The position numbers and the translations under genes were made by a program. A model generated the notes under the pieces. The model did not search any database. It was not told the origin of the DNA and saw only the letters and a list, made by a program, of their open reading frames with translations. A DNA stretch of 64,000 nucleotides from an uncultured virus (IMG/VR IMGVR_UViG_3300032676_000720) (lineage: Duplodnaviria > Heunggongvirae > Uroviricota > Caudoviricetes): IMG/VR virus record IMGVR_UViG_3300032676_000720, one strand, 5' to 3'. Shown piece by piece: positions 44,813-54,917 of the stretch (position 1 is its first letter; each line of letters starts with the position of its first letter).

Positions 44813-45553
44813 ATGACTATTTACACGCTTTACATTAAGACGCATAAGAAAACAGGACTAAAATATTTAGGTCAAACTCATTACGATCCCTATGAATACA
44901 AAGGTTCGGGGATTGATTGGAAAAAACATATTAAACAGTATGGAGACGATATTACTACTCAAGTTATTTATTCCGGAAAAAATCGTAATGAAATGTCGTC
45001 CTTGGGCAGATATTACAGCAACCTATACCGCATTACAACTTCTGTGGATGATTTTGGCAACAGAATTTGGGCTAACAGAACTATAGAAAACGGTGGAGGC
45101 GGATGGAACATAGGTAAAACATACTCTACAGAAGAACGAAAAAAGTTTGGGCATACTAAGCATAAGGGTTCTAAACGAACAGATAAACAAAAACAAAAAA
45201 TGAAGGATAATCACGCAGATTTTTCTGGTAGCAATAATCCTAACTATGGCAAAAAAGCAAAAGATTCAACACTTACAAAAATGAGAGTCTCAAAAGTAAG
45301 AGTATGTCGCATAGTTGATCGCAAAGAAATGTCTGTAAACGAACTTACTGGCTGGATTAAGCGAGGCTGTAATCTAAAAGACAACTATCGACATGATCCT
45401 ACTATCTATTCATTTACTAACCTAATAACTAACGAAACTATTACTGCTACTAAACGAGAAATGATTGAACGATACAATCTAGATCAAAGTGCTATGAGTA
45501 GAGTATTAACCAGAAAGTTAAAATCTACTAAGGGATGGTCTTTAACTTTGTAG
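44813..45553 (+). CDS. GIY-YIG-like homing endonuclease, opposite strand
   Basis: LYIKTHKKTGLKYLGQT..YKGSG; NNPNYGK. Confidence 0.8.
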   Translation: MTIYTLYIKTHKKTGLKYLGQTHYDPYEYKGSGIDWKKHIKQYGDDITTQVIYSGKNRNEMSSLGRYYSNLYRITTSVDDFGNRIWANRTIENGGGGWNIGKTYSTEERKKFGHTKHKGSKRTDKQKQKMKDNHADFSGSNNPNYGKKAKDSTLTKMRVSKVRVCRIVDRKEMSVNELTGWIKRGCNLKDNYRHDPTIYSFTNLITNETITATKREMIERYNLDQSAMSRVLTRKLKSTKGWSLTL

Positions 45554-46543
45554 TGATCCAGTGTAGTGCTTATTAAGCCAATCACCAAATGTTGCTGCGT
45601 TTTCGCTTACCTTTGTAAGTTCGTAACGCCCACAAAATTTAAGGAAGTGACTACCAACTTGTCCTACATCCTTGTGACTAATTTGTTCCTTAATAGTATC
45701 ATCTACTACTTCTTTAACATCATCTGGTTGCGCTGTTAAATCTACTAATGCTACATTACGCTGATAATCGTCCAACACACGATGTTCTACACCATCTGGA
45801 TCCGTCCAGCGTTGTAGCATCATATTGTTCCAATTATATCCCTTTTTGTCCTTGTCAGCGAATGCCTCCACAAGGCCAACCTTGTTTTTAGTGCCCTTTG
45901 TTCTGACACCGGGAAATGCCGAAAAGACATTGTCGCTCGAATCGCCGCGCATACATTTCTCAAAAAGTAACCACTGTGGATCCGGTATTGTTTTTGGTTC
46001 TTTAGTTTTCTTGTCGATGACTGGTCTACCTTTGGCATCAAAGATTCCTTCTATAGTATGTAATTCGTCGGTAATTCCGTTATACTGCTTGACATTTTGT
46101 GCTAATAATTGAACAAAGTCAGTATCACTGCTGATAATAACGTGTTCATCTTGTGGATGTAATGCGATCCAACGAGCTATAATATCATCCCCTTCTGCTG
46201 TTGGGCAACGGATAACACTACAGTTTGTTTTCTCTGACAAGTATTTAGTCAAGGAATCATAGGTTTCCCAGAACATCTTATCTTCTTCTTGTTCTGCTTC
46301 TGTAAGCGCAGCTCTAGATACAGCACGATTAGCCTTATATGGTTTGTAGAAGTCTTTGCGCCAACTGCGCCCTTCTAAAGCAAATACCACATGATCCGCC
46401 TCAAATCGACGAGCCATTTTGTTAGCGGCCATTAATGTTACATGGAGGGCAAATCCTACCTTTTCCCAAGTATCACTAGCACGAAAGGCTCCATGTCTAG
46501 CACGAAAGAAAAGATTAGCGGTATCTATAAGAACATATTTCAT
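45542..46543 (-). CDS. rnh: RNase H / 5'-3' exonuclease (T4 Rnh-like)
   Basis: YKANR, EGDD, SSDTDFVQL, GDSSDNV. Confidence 0.9.
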   Translation of the reverse strand: MKYVLIDTANLFFRARHGAFRASDTWEKVGFALHVTLMAANKMARRFEADHVVFALEGRSWRKDFYKPYKANRAVSRAALTEAEQEEDKMFWETYDSLTKYLSEKTNCSVIRCPTAEGDDIIARWIALHPQDEHVIISSDTDFVQLLAQNVKQYNGITDELHTIEGIFDAKGRPVIDKKTKEPKTIPDPQWLLFEKCMRGDSSDNVFSAFPGVRTKGTKNKVGLVEAFADKDKKGYNWNNMMLQRWTDPDGVEHRVLDDYQRNVALVDLTAQPDDVKEVVDDTIKEQISHKDVGQVGSHFLKFCGRYELTKVSENAATFGDWLNKHYTGSLQS

Positions 46544-46574
46544 ACAAACAGTATAGCAGAACTTATATTAAAAG

Positions 46575-47117
46575 TCAAACGAAATTGTTGGTAATAATGT
46601 AATTTAGGAGTAAACGGTTCCAAAAAGAATGCCCGTCTTTACCAAAATGCTTAGAATTTGGGGATACCGTTTCGATATTGGCATTACGAATTTTATCTTC
46701 GTAAGTATCTGATATAAAGCTATTGTTCCAATCGTGTTGGATGTTAAAAGATTGGCTACTGTTAAAAAATATATGTTTAATATTTTGGTTGGCTAATTCC
46801 AAATGAAATTGCCAAATTTTTCCTTCATCTTCAGCAGTAGCAGGCCATTGGATAATAACTAAAACATCCTGCTTTTTCTCGTCTAACCATTTTTTTGTTG
46901 CGGCTATAATATCATCGGTGGTATTATCAACATACGCTTCGCAATGAAAACTATAACGAAGGGCTAGACTTAACATCTTGCCCCAACTGATTGCTATATT
47001 ATCAGGATGCGGTAGTTGGCCTAAATGAGCTATTCTTGCGTCATCGCCGGCAACAATATATTGATTTACAGCTTCGGCGGCTGTGGTGTGACTATCACCG
47101 TTTACATATAATATCAT
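46575..47117 (-). CDS. SGNH-like hypothetical protein
   Basis: NGDSH at N-terminus; HFGKDGH near C-terminus. Confidence 0.5.
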   Translation of the reverse strand: MILYVNGDSHTTAAEAVNQYIVAGDDARIAHLGQLPHPDNIAISWGKMLSLALRYSFHCEAYVDNTTDDIIAATKKWLDEKKQDVLVIIQWPATAEDEGKIWQFHLELANQNIKHIFFNSSQSFNIQHDWNNSFISDTYEDKIRNANIETVSPNSKHFGKDGHSFWNRLLLNYIITNNFV

Positions 47118-47587
47118 TGTTGTTTTAAGAGTTTAAAAGTTTCAGCTTCGACTACACGTCTGCGTAAACTACTACTTGAAAACGAATGGTCACGATCGTT
47201 AAAAATACATTCGATACCTCGTCGATAACATTCACTCTTTCCAGTAAATTCTTTATCCTCATACTCAATACCCAATACACGAACATCCAAAGGCAGTATT
47301 AGAAGCAAATCAACTAAGTCTTGTTCTGTTTGATAAACAACAACTTCGTCTACATAGCGACAAGCGGCTAATTGTATTTGCCGTTCAACAATACTTTGTA
47401 CAGGTTTGTTTTTAGTATCTCGGTCAATAGTAGGATCTGTTTGCAATCCAGCAATTAAGTAATCACAATGGTTCTTAGCTTCGGATAGCATAGCAATATG
47501 CCCAGCGTGTAGCATATCAAAAGTACTAAAGGTAATACCAATCTTTTTACCTTCTTCTGTAAGTCTGCGAATGTGATTAAAAATCAA
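47114..47587 (-). CDS. Cytidylyltransferase (TagD-like)
   Basis: FDMLHAGH, YVDEV, SSS. Confidence 0.85.
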   Translation of the reverse strand: MIFNHIRRLTEEGKKIGITFSTFDMLHAGHIAMLSEAKNHCDYLIAGLQTDPTIDRDTKNKPVQSIVERQIQLAACRYVDEVVVYQTEQDLVDLLLILPLDVRVLGIEYEDKEFTGKSECYRRGIECIFNDRDHSFSSSSLRRRVVEAETFKLLKQQ

Positions 47588-47949
47588 CTTACTTCACTCC
47601 TGCCATCGCCAACATCGCGACTTTTAACTACTCGCGGCGACATTGCTTCGTATTGTTCTGCTGTTTCTAATACTACATTACGACATACTGCGGTAAACCA
47701 ACGATCAATAATATCTGCGTCTGTATCTTTAGGATCCATCATATAGCCATGGCGAACCAAATCGGCAATCATTTTGTCATTCCAATCAAATTCAAATGCG
47801 CCTGAATTAATATCGTTAGGATCTATGTCCATACTTAATACTTCAAAGTATGCTTCGCCTTTTTCAGTAGCAACTTGTTTAGCTGACTTAGCTTGTTGTT
47901 GCGCTACAGCCGCAATTGGCTTCTTTTTAAAAAAATCAAATATTCCCAT
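47584..47949 (-). CDS. Hypothetical protein
   Basis: GAFEFDWN, IIDRWF. Confidence 0.7.
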   Translation of the reverse strand: MGIFDFFKKKPIAAVAQQQAKSAKQVATEKGEAYFEVLSMDIDPNDINSGAFEFDWNDKMIADLVRHGYMMDPKDTDADIIDRWFTAVCRNVVLETAEQYEAMSPRVVKSRDVGDGRSEVS

Positions 47950-49052
47950 TACTGATCCTTAAACAAATTTATTTCTTCCCATGGCAAATCTTTTTTGCCA
48001 AAGTGACCATAGTTAGTAGTCTTACTGTATATAGGTCTAAACAGCTTAAAGCGATTAATAATACCTAACGGAGTTAAATCTACATTATTATAAATCCACT
48101 CTGTTAACGCACGACTATCACCGTCTGACTCTATATAAAAACTCATAGGTTGTGCTACCCCAATAGCATAACTAATTTGTACAGTAGCCCAGTTAGCACG
48201 ACCAGCGGCAACAATATTCTTAGCCAAATAGCGAGCCATGTAAGCGGCGCTACGGTCTACCTTAGTAGGATCCTTGCCACTAAACGCACCACCGCCGTGT
48301 GGGCTATATCCACCGTATGTGTCTACAATAATCTTACGACCTGTTAATCCTGTGTCACCATCAGGACCACCTACTACAAAACGCCCTGTTGGGTTAATAT
48401 AAAATTCTGTCTTTTCATCTACAAATTCTGTAGGTAATATATTACGAATAATATTGCCAACGTCTTTACGAACAGTTTCGATATCAACATCGGCATTATG
48501 TTGTGTAGAACAAACTACTTTAGCAATACGAATAGGTTTGGCATCATCGCTGTATTCAAAAGTAACTTGACTCTTAGCATCTGGTCCAAGATAGTTAAGT
48601 ACACCTTGTTTACGAACTTGTGTTAACCCTTCTACAATTCTATGACTCCAGTAAATTGCCGAAGGCATAAAGTTTTCTGTTTCGTTACAAGCATATCCAA
48701 ACATTAATCCTTGGTCGCCTGCGCCAAAGTTGTCTGTGCCTAACGCAATATCTGCGGACTGGCCATGTAGCAAGTTAATAATTTTAACAGTACGCCAATC
48801 AAATCCTGACTGCTCGTAACCAATATCTTTGATGACTCGACGAATAGCTGATTCTACTTCTTCTGAATGTAATACACCTTTATATTCTCCAGCAACAATT
48901 ACTGTATCTGTAGTTACCAATGTTTCACAAGCACAACGAAGACTAGTGTCTTCTTTACTCATTACTAAATCTAAAATAGCATCACTAATAGCATCTGCTA
49001 CTTTGTCTGGATGTCCTTCTGATACTGATTCGCTTGTGAATAGATAGCTCAT
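47949..49052 (-). CDS. metK: S-adenosylmethionine synthetase
   Basis: FTSESVSEGHPDK, GAGDQG, GGGAFSGKDPTKVDRS. Confidence 0.97.
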   Translation of the reverse strand: MSYLFTSESVSEGHPDKVADAISDAILDLVMSKEDTSLRCACETLVTTDTVIVAGEYKGVLHSEEVESAIRRVIKDIGYEQSGFDWRTVKIINLLHGQSADIALGTDNFGAGDQGLMFGYACNETENFMPSAIYWSHRIVEGLTQVRKQGVLNYLGPDAKSQVTFEYSDDAKPIRIAKVVCSTQHNADVDIETVRKDVGNIIRNILPTEFVDEKTEFYINPTGRFVVGGPDGDTGLTGRKIIVDTYGGYSPHGGGAFSGKDPTKVDRSAAYMARYLAKNIVAAGRANWATVQISYAIGVAQPMSFYIESDGDSRALTEWIYNNVDLTPLGIINRFKLFRPIYSKTTNYGHFGKKDLPWEEINLFKDQ

Positions 49053-49294
49053 TAATTTCCTTTTAATTTCCATATAAGATGTTCGGTACTGCTATGCCAT
49101 TTGTATTGATACGCTGGTTCGCCTGGCCCGGACCATCCAGCTACGCCACGATAGGCATATTCTAGCCAGATTAACTTATTACTTAGCGCACATTTATGGG
49201 GTAGCCAAGAAAATTTGAGTTCCCAAAATGCCTTTCTATAAAAAGGATCGATTAAATCAGGTATAGGCATACCATGAAATCCTTGTGGATACAA
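49052..49294 (-). CDS. Small hypothetical protein
   Basis: ORF track; ends HLIWKLKG. Confidence 0.5.
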   Translation of the reverse strand: MYPQGFHGMPIPDLIDPFYRKAFWELKFSWLPHKCALSNKLIWLEYAYRGVAGWSGPGEPAYQYKWHSSTEHLIWKLKGN

Positions 49295-50149
49295 TCAAGT
49301 ACCCCAGTCGTTTTTCCAAAGAACCACTTGAAGTCTATCACTATAGCGTAAACCGTTATTCATTGCTAGTTCTGCTACTCGACGATTATTCAAAGTATAA
49401 ACACTTTCAACTCCACCAACTGGCATTAAGTAAATTGGGCCTTTAAACCCAGCCGCTTGATAAATTTGCGATACTGCTAGTGCTTCTTCGGCATCTTCTT
49501 CTGTAGAGATTACAAATTTTAAATAAGTGTATCCAACTTCTTGATATTCGCAAACTACTTCAGGCTTAATAGCATCTTCACGCAATTCACCAGAGCAACT
49601 TAATTTAGCACTAACACTAAATGTAACTTGTTTAGGCTTGCCAACTCCATCTAATGACCAGTTAATCAAAAACTCTTTAAACTCTGGACTTAGCTTTTGA
49701 GTGCCATTCGTTTCAAAAGTAATTTCTCGTAAATTGGCCATCTTAGGATTGTTCAGCAAGTCTGGATAAGCACGTTGCCAACCTAACAAAGGTTCTCCGC
49801 CTGTGATAACCAAGTGCTCAGTGCCCCACTGACCAAATGGCAGAATCTCCATAATGCGATTAGCAATAGCATCTGACTCCATTAAAGGACTTAAATCTTT
49901 AAAGCGCGGATCCCAACTAGCATAGCTATCACATCCTGTACTTACTAATGGCAAGTCTTCATATTTGGTAAACATATGAGCAACTTCTGCTATTTCTTCT
50001 ACTTCTGTGCTAAGTTGACCTTTGGGCATACCAAATCCAGCACAGCGGAAATTACAGCCGAAAGTTCTAAGGAATATACTGGGCACTCCCATATAGCGAC
50101 CTTCGCCTTGAATACTATAAAATAGTTCTGCTACTTTTAATTTACTCAC
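49295..50149 (-). CDS. queE: 7-carboxy-7-deazaguanine synthase (radical SAM)
   Basis: FYSIQGEG, GCNFRC...CDS, ITGGEP, ETNGT. Confidence 0.9.
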   Translation of the reverse strand: MSKLKVAELFYSIQGEGRYMGVPSIFLRTFGCNFRCAGFGMPKGQLSTEVEEIAEVAHMFTKYEDLPLVSTGCDSYASWDPRFKDLSPLMESDAIANRIMEILPFGQWGTEHLVITGGEPLLGWQRAYPDLLNNPKMANLREITFETNGTQKLSPEFKEFLINWSLDGVGKPKQVTFSVSAKLSCSGELREDAIKPEVVCEYQEVGYTYLKFVISTEEDAEEALAVSQIYQAAGFKGPIYLMPVGGVESVYTLNNRRVAELAMNNGLRYSDRLQVVLWKNDWGT

Positions 50150-50435
50150 CGAATTCCTCTCTCATCATTTGATCATGTTCATTTTCTTCTTTAGCACCTT
50201 TCCGTGCTTTTTGTTCTTGATAGCCGCGACTACCGTCTCCTTTGCCTTTTACTCTGCGCCCACACTCCGTACATTCGTGAAATCCTTGTACAAACTCTTT
50301 TCCACTATCAAATGTTATTACTTCTGTGCCTTCGATTGTGAATTTTTTGTAACACTGGTTAAAGGTACAAACCACTTTCATAGTTTCAGGATCTATAAAA
50401 GATACGTCTACTTTTTTCTTTGACAATTTACTCAT
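50142..50435 (-). CDS. Small Zn-ribbon-like protein
   Basis: CxxxxC...CxxC. Confidence 0.5.
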   Translation of the reverse strand: MSKLSKKKVDVSFIDPETMKVVCTFNQCYKKFTIEGTEVITFDSGKEFVQGFHECTECGRRVKGKGDGSRGYQEQKARKGAKEENEHDQMMREEFGE

Positions 50436-50986
50436 TTCTTCCACCACCCTTCATAAGGAAAATTAACCCATCGAGGGTCTTCGTTTTTATTAATCTCCAT
50501 ACCAGCATAGTTAATAGTTAATTCACTCTTACTTGGTAAGTTATCGATTAGTACTGCTACTCGTACATTGTTGCCCCAAACTTGTTCCCAAACTTCTGTA
50601 GCCTGCGGTAAGCAACTTGATTGCCAATCTTGTTTAATCCAGTTTAGAGTAGCACCTGTATCATTAATATCATCAACGATAAGAATATTTTTGCGTAGCT
50701 TTTTCTTAGAATATGATTCGTGATCTTTGCGGATTTCTAAGTTGACATACCCAAAGGCATCACTTGCCATTCCGCAATCACTTACACAATCTTGATCATC
50801 CCGTAATGATACTTTAAGTGTTTGCATTGGCACGTCTAGATATTGGGATATAAGAACAGCTGGAAGTAACCCGCCACGAGTAAGTCCTACAACATAATCG
50901 GGTTTCCAGCCGTCTTTCGTAATTTGACGTAGAATGTCTTGAGTTAAACATTCTACGTCTTTGTAAGTTAAATTAGTATGGTCCAT
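50432..50986 (-). CDS. Purine phosphoribosyltransferase-like protein
   Basis: GLTRGG, ILIVDDINDTGAT; TTGACG-17-TATAAT 6 nt before ATG 50986. Confidence 0.85.
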   Translation of the reverse strand: MDHTNLTYKDVECLTQDILRQITKDGWKPDYVVGLTRGGLLPAVLISQYLDVPMQTLKVSLRDDQDCVSDCGMASDAFGYVNLEIRKDHESYSKKKLRKNILIVDDINDTGATLNWIKQDWQSSCLPQATEVWEQVWGNNVRVAVLIDNLPSKSELTINYAGMEINKNEDPRWVNFPYEGWWKK

Positions 50987-51025
50987 ACAAGTATTATACA
51001 CACTTGTATTTAGGTCGTCAAGCTA

Positions 51026-51919
51026 TTACGATAAAATTTGGCGAATACCTTCTTCAAACGACATAGGATTATAGTCAGGCATAATCGAACGAAGTTTGGT
51101 AATATCAGGACGGCGATTAGCAACAGAACCTGGCATACTTGGTAACTGTTCAAATACTGCGTCTGGATGACCTAATTCGGTAGCAATAACTTTAACAGCA
51201 TCACCAATTGAAATCTCGCGGTCATTGCCCACATTAACCAATTCACGAGTAGTGTTTTCGGCAACATAGATACTAGCACGGATAGCATCTGATACATGAC
51301 AGAAGCTACGAGTTTCTTGTGCGCCGATTACAGAGAAAATACCGTTTTTAATCTTGTTAATTTGGTCACCTAAGAAATGACCTTGTTTACTGTTTTCACC
51401 ATATACATTAAAGTAACGGATCATAACATAAGGTAAGTCCGAATTAGCCAAATAGTTTTCACTAGTAATCTTAGCCAAACGATAACTCCAACGAGCATTG
51501 TGTATATCTTTAATAAACACATCTGAATTCTCTGGAACTGGACTCGTAGGATCATCTGCTACAATTTCACTGCTCGAAGCATATACTAAGCTCTTAAGAT
51601 TAGTACATTTACGAGCAAAATTGAAAATGTTTAAATCGCAAACAAAGTTATTTTCTAATACCTTGTTAGGCATTTTGTAAAAGTTAGTTGTACCGTTAAT
51701 AGCACCATAGTGATAAATGTAATCAAAATCAGTTGGCAATAATTCATCAAACAATACTGTGTTATTTAAGTCAGCGGCAACAAACTTATCACAATCAGGA
51801 ATACTTGAACTACGACTATGATTATCTAGTGCCCATACTTCATTGCCAGCGGCTTTAAGTTGTTTACAAAATTCTGTGCCTAGCAATCCGCTAGCGCCTG
51901 TAATTAAAATTTTAGCCAT
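51026..51919 (-). CDS. NAD-dependent epimerase/decarboxylase
   Basis: ITGASGLLG, ASSSE, YRLAK, TRSFCHV. Confidence 0.9.
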   Translation of the reverse strand: MAKILITGASGLLGTEFCKQLKAAGNEVWALDNHSRSSSIPDCDKFVAADLNNTVLFDELLPTDFDYIYHYGAINGTTNFYKMPNKVLENNFVCDLNIFNFARKCTNLKSLVYASSSEIVADDPTSPVPENSDVFIKDIHNARWSYRLAKITSENYLANSDLPYVMIRYFNVYGENSKQGHFLGDQINKIKNGIFSVIGAQETRSFCHVSDAIRASIYVAENTTRELVNVGNDREISIGDAVKVIATELGHPDAVFEQLPSMPGSVANRRPDITKLRSIMPDYNPMSFEEGIRQILS

Positions 51920-52688
51920 TTACAATTTTCTCATTATCTTTAATAGTTGCTTCAATCATAGCGAAGTCAAGTCCTAAGTTCTTAACTAAGTTAGCCCACG
52001 CACTTGTATCTTTTGGCAAGCAATGTCCGCCAAAGCCACGCAAGTTTTCATTACACATCAAATATGCTGGATTAATACAATCACGCTTGGTAATAGCATT
52101 GTAAACATTATTATAATCTGCGCCTAATGCTTTACATACTTCATAAGCAATATTAGCAAAAATAATTTGTACAGAATGATTTACATTGTTGAAGTATTTG
52201 ATAACTTCTGCTTCTGCTGGCTTAACACAAGCAACATTTTGTGGCAAGTTACCATGGATAGCTTTAACAATAATATAATCTTCTTCGCGATTACTGCCAA
52301 TTACTAATAAATCATGATTGTACATAAAATCAGCTAACGCTGTTTTAGCACGAAGAAATTCTGGAACGGAGCAAATACGCAAGTTAGGGTATTGGGCAGA
52401 TAGCTTATCGCAAGTACCAGGAACACAAGTACTTTTAAGTCCTACTAAACCTTTGTAGCCAGCGTCGTTTAATTCGCCAACTACCTTTTCTACAATACTT
52501 GTATCGCAATCACCATTTGGCGCTTGGTTAGTAGGAACACAAATGAATACACATTCTGTATCTAATACATCATTAAGTGTTGATCCTTCGTATGCTGGAT
52601 CAAAGAAACTCATTTGGTGACCCAAATGATTTAATCCTTCATAAACTGCTTTGCCTACTGTGCCTTTTCCTATTAAACCAATCTTCAT
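51912..52688 (-). CDS. UDP-glucose/GDP-mannose 6-dehydrogenase family
   Basis: GKGTVG, CVPT, PEFLR, GFGGHCLPKD. Confidence 0.9.
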   Translation of the reverse strand: MKIGLIGKGTVGKAVYEGLNHLGHQMSFFDPAYEGSTLNDVLDTECVFICVPTNQAPNGDCDTSIVEKVVGELNDAGYKGLVGLKSTCVPGTCDKLSAQYPNLRICSVPEFLRAKTALADFMYNHDLLVIGSNREEDYIIVKAIHGNLPQNVACVKPAEAEVIKYFNNVNHSVQIIFANIAYEVCKALGADYNNVYNAITKRDCINPAYLMCNENLRGFGGHCLPKDTSAWANLVKNLGLDFAMIEATIKDNEKIVNG

Positions 52689-53285
52689 TCAATTCTCCTC
52701 TGGATATTTCATATCAACTAGTTGATTACTCTGAGCTGACGCCATGCTTAATATTTCTTGTGCCACATCTTCGGGTTCTAAACATATAGCCGAAGTTTTC
52801 ATATCTATCATTTTAGTGCGTGTGCGTACTGGATTAATTAATCCTAATGTAACTTCACTGCCTTTAAAATACTCACAGGCACCTTGCCATACATTATATA
52901 GTGCTGCTTTACTGGCGGCGTATAAAATGTAGTCTTTGCGTCCTGACTTATACGCACTAGATCCAACCATAATAATCTTTACAGGTTTCTTAGTACCGTT
53001 ACTAATGTAATGACGAATAATGGACCAATTCGATCCAATGTTTATATCAAATGTATTTGAATGTGTTTCGTTATTAGTTTTATCGAAATGACCTACACAA
53101 TTTACAATAACATCTGGATCATTACTTGATAACATTTCTTGTATTTTAATATCGCTATCTAAATAAACAAAATTTACTTGATTTTTGCTAATAGGTTTGA
53201 CAATATAGCCGGCTCGAGTGAAGGCTTCACAGGTAGCTTGACCGATGCCGCCATTAGATCCAAATATAACTGCTCGTTTAATCAT
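52689..53285 (-). CDS. SDR oxidoreductase
   Basis: GSNGGIG, YAASK. Confidence 0.85.
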   Translation of the reverse strand: MIKRAVIFGSNGGIGQATCEAFTRAGYIVKPISKNQVNFVYLDSDIKIQEMLSSNDPDVIVNCVGHFDKTNNETHSNTFDINIGSNWSIIRHYISNGTKKPVKIIMVGSSAYKSGRKDYILYAASKAALYNVWQGACEYFKGSEVTLGLINPVRTRTKMIDMKTSAICLEPEDVAQEILSMASAQSNQLVDMKYPEEN

Positions 53286-53691
53286 GTTTTGGTAAAATAG
53301 AATCTACACGGAATGTATCATTCTCGTAATCTTCGCCACCGCGTGGGCCTTCAGCAAAAGCAATAAACACACAGCCATCGCTACCAGCTTCCATACCGTG
53401 GATCTCATTAGGTTCGCTAATAACCATATCCCCAGGACCGGCAGTGATTCCAACGGCTGGCTCATCACTATCAACAGGCTTAGAGTAATAGTGTAAAGTA
53501 CCAGCTAACACATAGGTATACTGCGTAGTAAGTTTGTGATAATGATTAGCACGAATAGCACCAGGAGCGTTAGTAATAATACAAGCATGATTCATATTTG
53601 CTTTGTAAAAAATATCGGTAATCGAACCACGGTCGTCTGCGTGTTTGCCTAAACCTTCTTCTGTATTGTTATAAATGTTGTAATGTCTCAT
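53278..53691 (-). CDS. Cupin, NDP-sugar epimerase/isomerase-like
   Basis: DDRG, RANHYH, EIH. Confidence 0.75.
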   Translation of the reverse strand: MRHYNIYNNTEEGLGKHADDRGSITDIFYKANMNHACIITNAPGAIRANHYHKLTTQYTYVLAGTLHYYSKPVDSDEPAVGITAGPGDMVISEPNEIHGMEAGSDGCVFIAFAEGPRGGEDYENDTFRVDSILPKHD

Positions 53692-54917
53692 TGTGATATA
53701 AACCTTGTGTTAGGGTTGATGCTTAATAGAGCTTTCTTTAGTGGCTCTCCGATATTCCAGCTTAGTACTAATGCGTATGGTTTTTCGTGTTTAGCAAACT
53801 CGTCATCGCTACGAATAGGAATACGAGTTAATGGTGTGTATTTGCCTTGTTTAAATTGACTAGCATCTGTAATACAAGTTAATACTGTTTTATCTAGTTT
53901 GTGCCAGTTTAACCAAGTATTAGCTTTGGCTGCCGCCCCAACACCAATAATAACAGCATCAGGTTCATCTGCTAAAATTTGATAAAAGTTAAGTAGCCAC
54001 GCATTGCGTTGCTTTTCAAACTTGTCTTGTAATTTGGTATAGAAAGTAGTATCAAACAAACCCATAGCAGTTTCGTTTTCGATAGCACCACGAACCAAGA
54101 ATGGCATTCCGTTGTTAGTAGTATGTTTAGCAATAACTCTAATACTGCCGCCATGATAATCAACTATATCAAAATCTACAATATCTAAACCAACTTGCTG
54201 TAGCAAGTTCCAAGCACTCTTAATAGTAAAGTAAGAAATGTGTTCGTGATAAACCATATCTACGAATCGACCACTTTCAATCATACTTGCCCAGTACGGT
54301 AACTCAAATACAAATATACCATCTTTATCTAATAACTGTGAAACTCCCGAAGCAAAGTTAACAGGATCGTTAGCATGATTGAATACATTGTTAGCTATAA
54401 TTACCGAAGCCTTGCCATGTTCTTCGGCAACTTCAACTGCTGTATCAATATTGAATAAAGCAGCTAATGAGTCGACTCCTTTTTCTTTGGCAATATCGCA
54501 CATAGTTTGGGAAGAATCGATCCCAAGTACTTTGGTATCTGTATCTTGAAATTGTTTAATTAAGTAAGCATCGTTACTACCAATCTCTACAACCAATCCC
54601 TCAGTGTTGTATTTGCTTTTGATAGTAGAAGCATATTCATCCCAGTGATCTCTGGCAGTTTTTGAATTTGACGATGTATAGCTATAACTGTATAAGTTAT
54701 AACGATCTTCGGCATCGCTAACGAATCCTAATTGGATTTGCCCTGAACTAGAATTTAAATGTAGTTGTAGTGGAAATACTGGTTCAGACATATGAAGCTG
54801 ATCTTCAGCAATGAATGTATCAGCATAAGCGTGTTGCCCGAAGTCTAAAATTTTTGTAACAAACTCGCCTGTAATTAAACAGCGATCTAAGTGGGTGCTT
54901 TCAGTTATTTTACTCAT
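53688..54917 (-). CDS. NDP-hexose C-methyltransferase family
   Basis: EIGSND, ANNVFNH, YHEHISYF, HGGSIR, GAAAK. Confidence 0.85.
   Translation of the reverse strand: MSKITESTHLDRCLITGEFVTKILDFGQHAYADTFIAEDQLHMSEPVFPLQLHLNSSSGQIQLGFVSDAEDRYNLYSYSYTSSNSKTARDHWDEYASTIKSKYNTEGLVVEIGSNDAYLIKQFQDTDTKVLGIDSSQTMCDIAKEKGVDSLAALFNIDTAVEVAEEHGKASVIIANNVFNHANDPVNFASGVSQLLDKDGIFVFELPYWASMIESGRFVDMVYHEHISYFTIKSAWNLLQQVGLDIVDFDIVDYHGGSIRVIAKHTTNNGMPFLVRGAIENETAMGLFDTTFYTKLQDKFEKQRNAWLLNFYQILADEPDAVIIGVGAAAKANTWLNWHKLDKTVLTCITDASQFKQGKYTPLTRIPIRSDDEFAKHEKPYALVLSWNIGEPLKKALLSINPNTRFISQ

Noticed and set aside
46575..47117. In-frame internal deletion in the SGNH-like gene
   Set aside because: The protein seems short, but this cannot be shown without homolog alignment
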